The notes beneath the pieces were generated by a model. The model was given only the letters and a program-made list of their open reading frames with translations, did no database searches and was not told the origin of the DNA. Both the position numbers and the translations under genes were made by a program. From assembly GCA_038217285.1 (NCBI GenBank), contig JBBQPO010000186.1, positions 1-12,147 on the forward strand: DNA of 12,147 bases, written 5' to 3'. The DNA is from Chthonomonadales bacterium. Its GTDB lineage: Bacteria; Armatimonadota; Chthonomonadetes; Chthonomonadales; Chthonomonadaceae. Shown here piece by piece: positions 1 to 7,237 of the stretch. Each line of letters begins with the position of its first letter. The stretch's first letter is position 1.

Positions 1-183
1 CACTGTCTGTGGACAAATCCATGATTTTGCGACTACCGCTAGAAATCAGACAACGCCGTCAGTCGAAAAATCCTGCGATCGGTTTTTAAATTGATCGGCA
101 GACACTATAGGTAGCGAAATCTTCGGCCCGACCCTGCCTGTAGGGGCAAATATGCCTGTGTAGTAACAATATGTGACAAAAAT

Positions 184-226
184 AACAGGCTGGCCTCATT
201 CTTTGAGTCCGGCCTGTTGTATTTTG
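184..226. terminator. Imperfect hairpin, possible bidirectional intrinsic terminator
   Basis: Arms AACAGGCTGGCCTCA (184-198) and TGAGTCCGGCCTGTT (204-218) match at 13/15 positions around a 5-nt loop. Flanked by an A-tract on the left (CAAAAAT) and GTATTTTG on the right. Confidence 0.45.
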
Positions 227-328
227 CCTGGTGCACCTGTCTTTGCAGGAACCTCTCCTCTTCCCGCCGAACAGGAAAGGCAAGAGAGTTAGGCGGAACA
301 GGGGTTCCACGCGGGAAAGGGAGAGAGC

Positions 329-2335
329 ATGAAATTTCGAGGTCTGGTGACAGTGGGGTTGCTGGCATTGAGTGTGATGGCGCAGGCAGATGGGACGGGG
401 GATAACTCGGTCGCCAGTGTGCGACGGCAGCCGCCGCCCGGAGTAGCGGTCTCCGCCGAGGATCGCGCGGCGCTGCAGACGGGCATCGCCGCGCTCGGTA
501 AAGAGATCGATTCGCTGCGCACGGAGCTGAAGGGCAAGCCCGAGCTGCTGGAACTTCTGCCGGATGTGCAGATCTACTACAATGCGGCGCGGTACGCGCT
601 GACGTACGACGAGTTCTTCAACCCGAACGAAATCAAGACCGCCAAAACGGAGTTGGCGCAGGGCACGGAGCGTGCGACGAACCTGCGGGCGGGTAAGACG
701 CCCTGGACGACACAGACCGGCCCCGTCGCGCGAGGCTATGTCTCGCAGATCGACGGCTCGGTACAGCCCTATGGAATCATCGTCCCGACGACATTCGCCG
801 ACAGTACGAGCCGCAAGCGCCCCCTAGAAATCTGGTTTCACGGCCGGGGCGAGACTCTGAGCGAAGTGAACTTTATCAACGACCGTCAGCGTTCGATGGG
901 GGAGTTCGCTCCGGCGGATACCTTCATGCTGCACCCCTACGGCCGCTACTGCAACCCCAATCGCTTTGCAGGCGAAGTCGATACGTTCGAGGCGATGCTG
1001 CATATTACCAAACACTACCCGGTCGACCTAGACCGCCTGGCGGTGCGCGGGTTCTCGCTGGGGGGGGCCTCCTGCTGGATGTTCGCCACCCACTACTCGG
1101 GCCTCTGGGCCGCCGCAAATCCCGGCGCCGGGTTCTCCGAGACGGCGGACTTCCTGAAAGTCTACCAGAACGAGAGTCTCCAGCCAACCTGGTACGAGAA
1201 GACGCTCTGGCATCTCTATGACAGCACGGACTACGCCCTGAATATCTACAATGTGCCCACGGTCGCCTACTCAGGCGAACTCGATGGACAGCGGCAGGCG
1301 GCGGAGATGATGACCAAGGCCATGGCGGCGGAGGGTCTGACCCTGACGCATGTCATCGGACCAGGAGCCCACCACTTCTATGAGAAGAACGCCAAACTGG
1401 ATGTCGCCGCCCGCGTCGATGCGCTGGTGGCGAAAGGCAACGACCTCGCGCCCGAGAGCATCAAGTTCACGACCTGGACGCTGAAGTACAACACGCTGAA
1501 GTGGCTGACCGTCGATGCGATGGGCCAGGAGTGGCAGCGCGCCCGCGTCGATGCCGACCTCGATACCGCGGGAAATGTCCTTGGTATCAAGACGCAGAAC
1601 ATCAACGCCCTGACCATTAGCCCACCGGCCGATGTCGACTGGGTGCATCTGAAAGCGATCAACGTCGATGGGCAGCATTTCGGCTGGAAATCTGGCCCGG
1701 TCCACTTCCGGAAAATGAACGGCAAATGGGCCACCGCGAAGTCCGCGACCGAAGTCCGACTCGCCAAGCAGCATAACCTGCAGGGGCCGATAGACGACGC
1801 CTTTATGAGCCACTTCATCATGGTGCGTCCGACCGGCACGCCGATGAACCCGAAGGTGGGCGCGTGGGTCGAGGGTGAGATGAAACACGCCGTCGAGCAC
1901 TGGCGGCGTCAGTTCCGGGGCGAGGCCATCATCAAGGACGACAGCGCCATCACTCCCGCCGACATCGCCTCCGGCAATCTCGTGCTCTGGGGCGACCCAT
2001 CGAGCAACAAAGTCCTGGCGAAGATCGCCGCCAGCCTGCCGGTAAAGTGGGATGCGACCGGAGTGCATGTCAACGGCCAGACCTACCCGCCGGACAGCAG
2101 CGTACCGGTCCTGATCTATCCGAATCCGCTCAACCCGAAACACTACATCGTCCTGAACAGCGGCTTCACCTTCCGCGAATACGACTATCTGAACAACGCC
2201 CGCCAGACACCCAAACTGCCGGACTGGGCCGTCGTAGACATCACCGAGCCGCCGAACTCCCGATGGCCCGGCCGCATCGCCGCCGCCGACTTCTTCGGCG
2301 AACACTGGGAACTGACGGCCCCGCACAAGGAATAG
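329..2335 (+). CDS. Secreted alpha/beta-hydrolase (prolyl oligopeptidase / esterase-like serine hydrolase), 668 aa
   Basis: Signal peptide MKFRGLVTVGLLALSVMAQA; oxyanion-type motif WFHGRG; nucleophile elbow GFSLGG; candidate catalytic Asp (GELD) and His (GAHH); purine-rich RBS (GGGAGAG) before the ATG; strong GC3 codon bias. Confidence 0.85.
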   Translation: MKFRGLVTVGLLALSVMAQADGTGDNSVASVRRQPPPGVAVSAEDRAALQTGIAALGKEIDSLRTELKGKPELLELLPDVQIYYNAARYALTYDEFFNPNEIKTAKTELAQGTERATNLRAGKTPWTTQTGPVARGYVSQIDGSVQPYGIIVPTTFADSTSRKRPLEIWFHGRGETLSEVNFINDRQRSMGEFAPADTFMLHPYGRYCNPNRFAGEVDTFEAMLHITKHYPVDLDRLAVRGFSLGGASCWMFATHYSGLWAAANPGAGFSETADFLKVYQNESLQPTWYEKTLWHLYDSTDYALNIYNVPTVAYSGELDGQRQAAEMMTKAMAAEGLTLTHVIGPGAHHFYEKNAKLDVAARVDALVAKGNDLAPESIKFTTWTLKYNTLKWLTVDAMGQEWQRARVDADLDTAGNVLGIKTQNINALTISPPADVDWVHLKAINVDGQHFGWKSGPVHFRKMNGKWATAKSATEVRLAKQHNLQGPIDDAFMSHFIMVRPTGTPMNPKVGAWVEGEMKHAVEHWRRQFRGEAIIKDDSAITPADIASGNLVLWGDPSSNKVLAKIAASLPVKWDATGVHVNGQTYPPDSSVPVLIYPNPLNPKHYIVLNSGFTFREYDYLNNARQTPKLPDWAVVDITEPPNSRWPGRIAAADFFGEHWELTAPHKE

Positions 2336-2467
2336 AGCAGGGAAGGGAATGCCTTGATCAAGGAGAGTTCGGCTTGCCGAGTGAACCTGGCCTTCCCCTT
2401 CCTGCCTTCCTTTCTTCCTATTTCCTGTTCTGCATCCGCATTTCCTGATTTCCTTAGAGGAGTAAGT

Positions 2468-3529
2468 GTGAACGGTAAGATACGGGTCGGGATCATTGGG
2501 GCAGGGTGGTGGGCGGCGCATACGCATGCTCCTGCTCTGAAGGCGACGGGGGATGTGGAGATCGTAGCGGCGTGTCGGCGGTCTCCGGAGCCGTTGCAGG
2601 AGTTCGCGGATCTGGTGGGCGTGCCGCAAACTTTTACGAGCCATGAGGAGATGCTCGATAGGGTGGCGTTGGATGCGGTGGTGGTCTGCTCGCCGCACGC
2701 CATGCATTATGAGCATGTGAAGGCGGCGCTGGAGCGGGGGCTGCCTGTTTTGACCGATAAGCCGCTGAGCATCAAGGTGGCTGAGGGGGAGGCGTTGATC
2801 GCGCTGGCGGCGGCGAAGGGTGTGCCGCTGGCGGTCTTCTTTGGGCACTGCTACGATGCGGCGCACCGCTATGTGGCGCGGGCGATTCGGGAGGGACGCC
2901 TGGGGCGGCTGCTGGATGTCAGCCAGACGGGCTATGCCAATCCGGACGCGCTCGGCTTTTTTGGGAATGCCGAGTTCAAGCCGGATAAGAAAGAGTTTCC
3001 GATTGTGCCCACGCAGTTCCGCGCCGATCCTGTGTTGGGGGGAGGGGGCTATCTGCAGGATGTGGGCAATCATCTGCTCAGCGGCATGCTGATCGGCACC
3101 GGCCTACGTGTCGCGGAGGTGTCGGCCATAATGGACGACCCGGAGCGCGATCTGCGTGCTGTCGTCACGTTCCGCTTTACCAACGGCGCGCTCGGTACAC
3201 TGACGGTCTTTGGGGATCTGCGGCCACCGGTTGAGAACTACTTTGGCACGGGCCGCTTCGCCTACACCGGCGATCTCGGCGCGTTCTGGCGCGACAATGG
3301 CAGTCCACATCTGCGCTTCCAGCGGTGGCGTGAAGAGCCGATCGATGTCGGCACGGAGGAACTTCCGACCCCTACCAACCCCGACGAAAACTTTATCCGC
3401 ACGCTGCAGGGCCGTGCCGAGCTCATCGCCCCGGCCTCCGAGGCGATCGAGTGTGTCCGCGCCGCCTCTGCCGCCTACGAAGCCGCCCGAACCGGCTGCA
3501 AGGTCGTTGTACGTCCCGTGGAAAAATAG
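2468..3529 (+). CDS. Gfo/Idh/MocA family NAD(P)-dependent oxidoreductase, about 353 aa
   Basis: Rossmann start KIRVGIIGAGWWA; DAVVVCSPHAMH; DKP variant of the EKP motif; GGGYLQDVGNH. The start is moved from 2354 to the in-frame GTG at 2468, which follows GAGGAG (2457-2462). Confidence 0.92.
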   Translation: MNGKIRVGIIGAGWWAAHTHAPALKATGDVEIVAACRRSPEPLQEFADLVGVPQTFTSHEEMLDRVALDAVVVCSPHAMHYEHVKAALERGLPVLTDKPLSIKVAEGEALIALAAAKGVPLAVFFGHCYDAAHRYVARAIREGRLGRLLDVSQTGYANPDALGFFGNAEFKPDKKEFPIVPTQFRADPVLGGGGYLQDVGNHLLSGMLIGTGLRVAEVSAIMDDPERDLRAVVTFRFTNGALGTLTVFGDLRPPVENYFGTGRFAYTGDLGAFWRDNGSPHLRFQRWREEPIDVGTEELPTPTNPDENFIRTLQGRAELIAPASEAIECVRAASAAYEAARTGCKVVVRPVEK

Positions 3530-3553
3530 CGCCGCGCGCACCGGAGTTCAGGT

Positions 3554-3661
3554 ATGTCTGTAGGGATAAGGGTCTGGGCATGGCTACGGACGACGTGTGA
3601 GTTGAAGGATCCCAAAACTATGATCGCTAAAATCGTAGATTTCCTGGAGAACAATCCATGA
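3554..3661 (+). pseudogene. 35-aa mini-ORF whose 3' part resembles the C-terminus of a Vsr very-short-patch-repair endonuclease (probable remnant)
   Basis: Translates as MSVGIRVWAWLRTTCELKDPKTMIAKIVDFLENNP*. The segment CELKDP..MIAKIVDFLE resembles the Vsr tail (WECELK....L..I..FL). Its TGA (3659-3661) overlaps the methyltransferase ATG as ATGA, consistent with a coupled vsr-dcm pair. GGAG lies at 3543-3546. Confidence 0.5.
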
Positions 3662-4983
3662 AACGACCAATTGGCATAGATCTCTTTGCAGGCGCTGGAG
3701 GAATGAGCTTAGGCTTCGAACAAGCCGGGTTTGATGTCGCCGCTGCCGTAGAAATCGACCCTGTTCACGCGGCAATACATAAATTTAATTTTCCCAACTG
3801 CACAGTCATCCCAAAGTCGGTTGTCGGTCTGACTGGCGACGAAATTCGCAGGACGGCCAATATCGACGGATGTCGCGTAGACGTTGTATTTGGCGGTGCA
3901 CCATGTCAGGGGTTTTCTCTTATGGGCCAGCGGGCAATCGACGATCCCCGCAATAGCTTAGTAAAAGAGTTTGTTCGTCTGGTACACGAATTGGAAGCCA
4001 GTTATTTTGTCTTCGAAAACGTAAAGGGCCTGACTGTCGGGAAGCATCGGAAGTTCCTCGAAGAGATTATCGAAGCCTTCGAAGGTATCGAATATGATGT
4101 TCGTTTACCTTGGAAAGTGCTGAACGCGGTGGAATACGAAGTACCGCAGGACCGACAACGCCTCATTTTGATAGGTGCAAAGAGGGGCAAGCGACTTCCA
4201 TGTTATCCTAATCCAGTAACAAACGCAGCCGATAAAAGAGTAGACAGCTTATTTGCTGGCCCTTCGTGCCACGATGCCCTCGCGGATCTTCCGGAGGCGG
4301 AAGATTTTCGCGACTTGCTCTATAGTGATGAAGTGGAAGTGAAAAGGTGGGGCAATCCTAGCATTTATGCACAGAAAATGCGGTGCCTCGGCAAAGAGTC
4401 TTGGGGGTTCGGCTATCAGCGCGAATGGAATCCCGAACTTCTGACATGCAGTATGAGAACCGATCATTCGGACATTTCCCGAAGGCGATTTTTGGAGACG
4501 CCGCCAGGAAGCGTCGAGCCAATTTCGCGATTTTTCCGATTGTCGGGCGACGGTGTGTCGAATACACTGCGTGCAGGGACCGACTCGGCACGTGGAGCCT
4601 TCACGAGTCCGCGCCCTATACACTACTCCAAGTCGCGTTGCATTACTGTTCGAGAAATGGCACGTCTTCATAGCTTTCCGGATTGGTTCAGGTTCCATGA
4701 AACGAAATGGCATGGCGCGAGGCAGATAGGGAATGCCGTGCCGCCATATTTAGCTCGTGCAGTCGCAGATAAAATTATCGATGCCCTCGGAGCCGAACCG
4801 GAGCAACCGGGGCAGGTCGTCGAATTAGGCCACACGGAACTATTACGAATGGATATGTCTCAAGCATCACGCTATTGGAACATCGTTGTACCCATTGGGA
4901 AGCGGGATCGCAAGAGCGGCGCACGAAAACGTAAGCAAAAGGATATCGAGACAACAAGACTGATTGAGGCCACCCATGGCTAA
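3658..4983 (+). CDS. dcm: DNA (cytosine-5)-methyltransferase, 441 aa, apparently intact
   Basis: C5-MTase motifs occur in order: I DLFAGAGG, IV GGAPCQGFS (catalytic Cys), VI FENV, VIII PQDRQR, a TRD with NTLRAG, IX ITVREMARLHSFP, X QIGNAVPP. RBS GGAG upstream. Confidence 0.96.
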   Translation: MKRPIGIDLFAGAGGMSLGFEQAGFDVAAAVEIDPVHAAIHKFNFPNCTVIPKSVVGLTGDEIRRTANIDGCRVDVVFGGAPCQGFSLMGQRAIDDPRNSLVKEFVRLVHELEASYFVFENVKGLTVGKHRKFLEEIIEAFEGIEYDVRLPWKVLNAVEYEVPQDRQRLILIGAKRGKRLPCYPNPVTNAADKRVDSLFAGPSCHDALADLPEAEDFRDLLYSDEVEVKRWGNPSIYAQKMRCLGKESWGFGYQREWNPELLTCSMRTDHSDISRRRFLETPPGSVEPISRFFRLSGDGVSNTLRAGTDSARGAFTSPRPIHYSKSRCITVREMARLHSFPDWFRFHETKWHGARQIGNAVPPYLARAVADKIIDALGAEPEQPGQVVELGHTELLRMDMSQASRYWNIVVPIGKRDRKSGARKRKQKDIETTRLIEATHG

Positions 4984-5377
4984 GACTACGAATACCGAGA
5001 ATAGATACCAGGCTTTAGTGAAGAAGATTTTCTCTGATCGCTACAAGATCGGGGCGACCGAAGTAGCCTTTGTACGGGAAGACCTGGAAGCCGCCGCCGC
5101 AAAGTTAGGAATAGCGCTGCCGAAAAATCTGGGCGATGTTATTTACTCGATACGATACAGAACCTCGATGCCGCAGGAAGTGCTTGCGACACAGCCGAAA
5201 GGTATGGAGTGGATCGTGGAAGGAACCGGTCGTGCGCTCTATTCATTTAAGCTCGTCACCATTAACCGAATTGTCCCGAATGCGGCCTTAGTTAAAGTCA
5301 AGATCCCCGACGCAACACCGCAAATAATCAGCGCTTACGCCCTCTCGGACGAACAGGCTCTCCTTGTTGACGTTTAG
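4976..5377 (+). pseudogene. N-terminal half of a putative type II restriction endonuclease, truncated by the foldback element
   Basis: ATG at 4976 follows GAGG and overlaps the MTase stop (ATGGCTAA). LPKNLGDVIYSIRYR and KIPDATP...YALSDEQALL match my recollection of a Dcm-linked endonuclease family that continues about 100 aa further with the nuclease motifs. Here the frame enters the inverted repeat right after DEQALL, and the stop TAG (5375-5377) lies inside the repeat. Confidence 0.7.
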
Positions 5378-5592
5378 ACTATTTTCGCCCGTCCGAAATG
5401 GCGTTCACAGACGATTTGAGATCGGAAACCCTAACTCTAATGAAATGCTATGGATTTATGGCACTCTGGTACAGCGAACGGGCTATACCTAACACGCCAT
5501 AAATTCCTGGCAATACGTTCGCGAAATGCTTTTTGATCTCATTTGCCTTCGATGAGGCCGCACTTGAAGGTTCAATTTAGTCTAAACGTCAA
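5367..5592. mobile_element. 226-bp MITE-like / foldback element with perfect 15-bp terminal inverted repeats
   Basis: TTGACGTTTAGACTA (5367-5381) is the exact reverse complement of TAGTCTAAACGTCAA (5578-5592). Concentric internal pairs: TGAGATC/GATCTCA (5417-5423/5535-5541), ATTTATGGC/GCCATAAAT (5454-5462/5496-5504), GGTACAGC/GCTATACC (5468-5475/5482-5489). No transposase ORF and no flanking direct repeat. Mobility is inferred, not shown. Confidence 0.75.
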
Positions 5593-7237
5593 ACTCAAAG
5601 AGGCGGTCGAAAAGATGCTGCGATTCAGCGAACCCATCTCTATCGAAACCGATCTGCCCCAGCAGCGCGGCGACTACCGGTATCTGCAAAAGTGTCTTTT
5701 GCAGAATGGCGTCTTGCGCCATGGAACGCCGGACGGCTTTATCCTGCGATGCGAGTTCGAGAAAGACACTGCGAAGTTCCAGGCGAAGTTTCCTGCGTTG
5801 GCAGAGATGATATGCGAGATTCGTGCTCTGGACGCGACAGGCAAGATACGCCTCTCAGATTGGGTTCAGAAGTATAGATGCTCGCCTTATGGTCAAGGGC
5901 CTGTCGCCCTAGCGCTTTCTCTCGCCTGTCTTCGTCATCTGTTCCGTGATAGCATCCGCTTCAAGTCGCAGGAAGGCGACCTTGCCGATACGGCAGTTCG
6001 AACATTCGATCAGGTTATGATGCTCATCGATGGAACACTGCCCAATGCATTTCTCAGTTACCGTCCGCTCAGTTCTACCGAGAAGGCGGTCGTAAGCGGT
6101 GTCTACTCGCTCTTCGGCGCTTCCGGTTCAGCCGTGACAAAGGATTATTCGGTTGTTGAAGCGCACACTGCGTTAAAAACATGGTGGGCAGGACTACCTC
6201 CGATTGCCAGGGTACCGAAGCTCTACCCCCAGGAACAGGCTACTCAGAACTTCATTACCGTAATGGAGAAAGTAGCTGGGAAGGATGCGCATGCCTTTAT
6301 CTTCGAGGAGCTGCCGATAGCCTTTGGATTGGACGGGGGCTTAATGGTAACCACGGAGGTCGCAGACACGCTTCAGGCCGAACTTCCCAAAGTGAAAGCG
6401 AGACTGGAAGCCGGACTGGAAGCCTTAGAGGCACGCATTATTCATGGCGTGCGCGATCTGTTTGGAGTTGAGCAGAACACCTACAGCGACATTCTGGATG
6501 GAATCAAACAGTGGTACAACAAGCTGGACAATCAGCAACGCGACTCGTTCACGAAGCAGACAAACGACTCAAAACCGCTGGTTGTGTATCTGAAATCCCT
6601 TTCGGACTTTACACAAACGTTCTTTGTGGAGATTCCGAAAACGCCGGAATATGGCAACAGGCCTGTACGAGATTGGCTTTCTGACAGAGTAAGTGAGTAT
6701 CTGGCTCAACTCAAGAGCGGCAAGGAGTATATCGAGGCTAACCGCATCAAGGTGGAACCTCCTACGCTGGAACCAGAAGGCGACTATGATTGGCCTGAGG
6801 GGGGACAACTGGCGTTTAAAAATAAAGTCAAAATCAAGTTCAAAACGCCGAGCAAGAACGCCAAGATCTACGTCGCAGAAGGCAGCGCCGACCCGACCAA
6901 TCCTGCCGCGGATCGCCATGAGATGAACGGAAATGAGCCTCTCGTAATCGAAGAGAACAAAACGATCCGTTATGCGGCGCAGGACGCGGAAGGAAACTGG
7001 AGTCCCGTGCAGATGTTACATCTCTCCAACGCCAACAAAGAGTTCGTTCCGGCGATCGGTCCATCGAATCTGTATGGACAGCGTACGGTACAGTTCAACT
7101 TACCGACGGATGTCTCCACACTAAAGGTAACCTGCCGTGAGTTGTTCCGCAAGTGCGTTGAATTCGGCATCGTAGATGCGTCTCAGATGGAAACAGCCGT
7201 CCTCGAAGCGCTGCAAGAGGTGATATCCGTCTCATGA
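5593..7237 (+). pseudogene. C-terminal portion of a BrxC-like BREX protein (ATPase domain missing) with a C-terminal Fn3-associated / chitobiase-C-like domain
   Basis: The open frame begins inside the foldback element (TTG 5543, ATG 5552; internal ATG 5615 after GAGGCGG). No Walker A/B motif. Contains the SPYG motif seen in the post-ATPase region of BrxC-type proteins and an Fn3-associated-like segment (KIYVAEGSADPT...IEENKTIRYAAQDAEGNWS). ATGA-coupled to pglZ, in the brxC position. Confidence 0.6.

Noticed and set aside
1-22. Possible start of a divergent minus-strand gene (MDLSTDS...)
   Set aside because: Only seven codons are visible and there is no clear RBS.
2354-2467. 38-aa N-terminal extension of the oxidoreductase in the ORF track
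   Set aside because: Low-complexity translation of the pyrimidine-rich spacer. The RBS and Rossmann motif point to GTG 2468 as the start.
1271-3073. 600-aa minus-strand ORF
   Set aside because: Antisense shadow of two well-supported GC-rich plus-strand genes; it spans their spacer and has no recognisable motifs.
5365-5385. TGTTGA resembling a Tn7/CAST transposon end
   Set aside because: The matching right repeat ends in TCAAA rather than TCAACA, there are no tandem TnsB-site-like direct repeats, and no tns genes are present.
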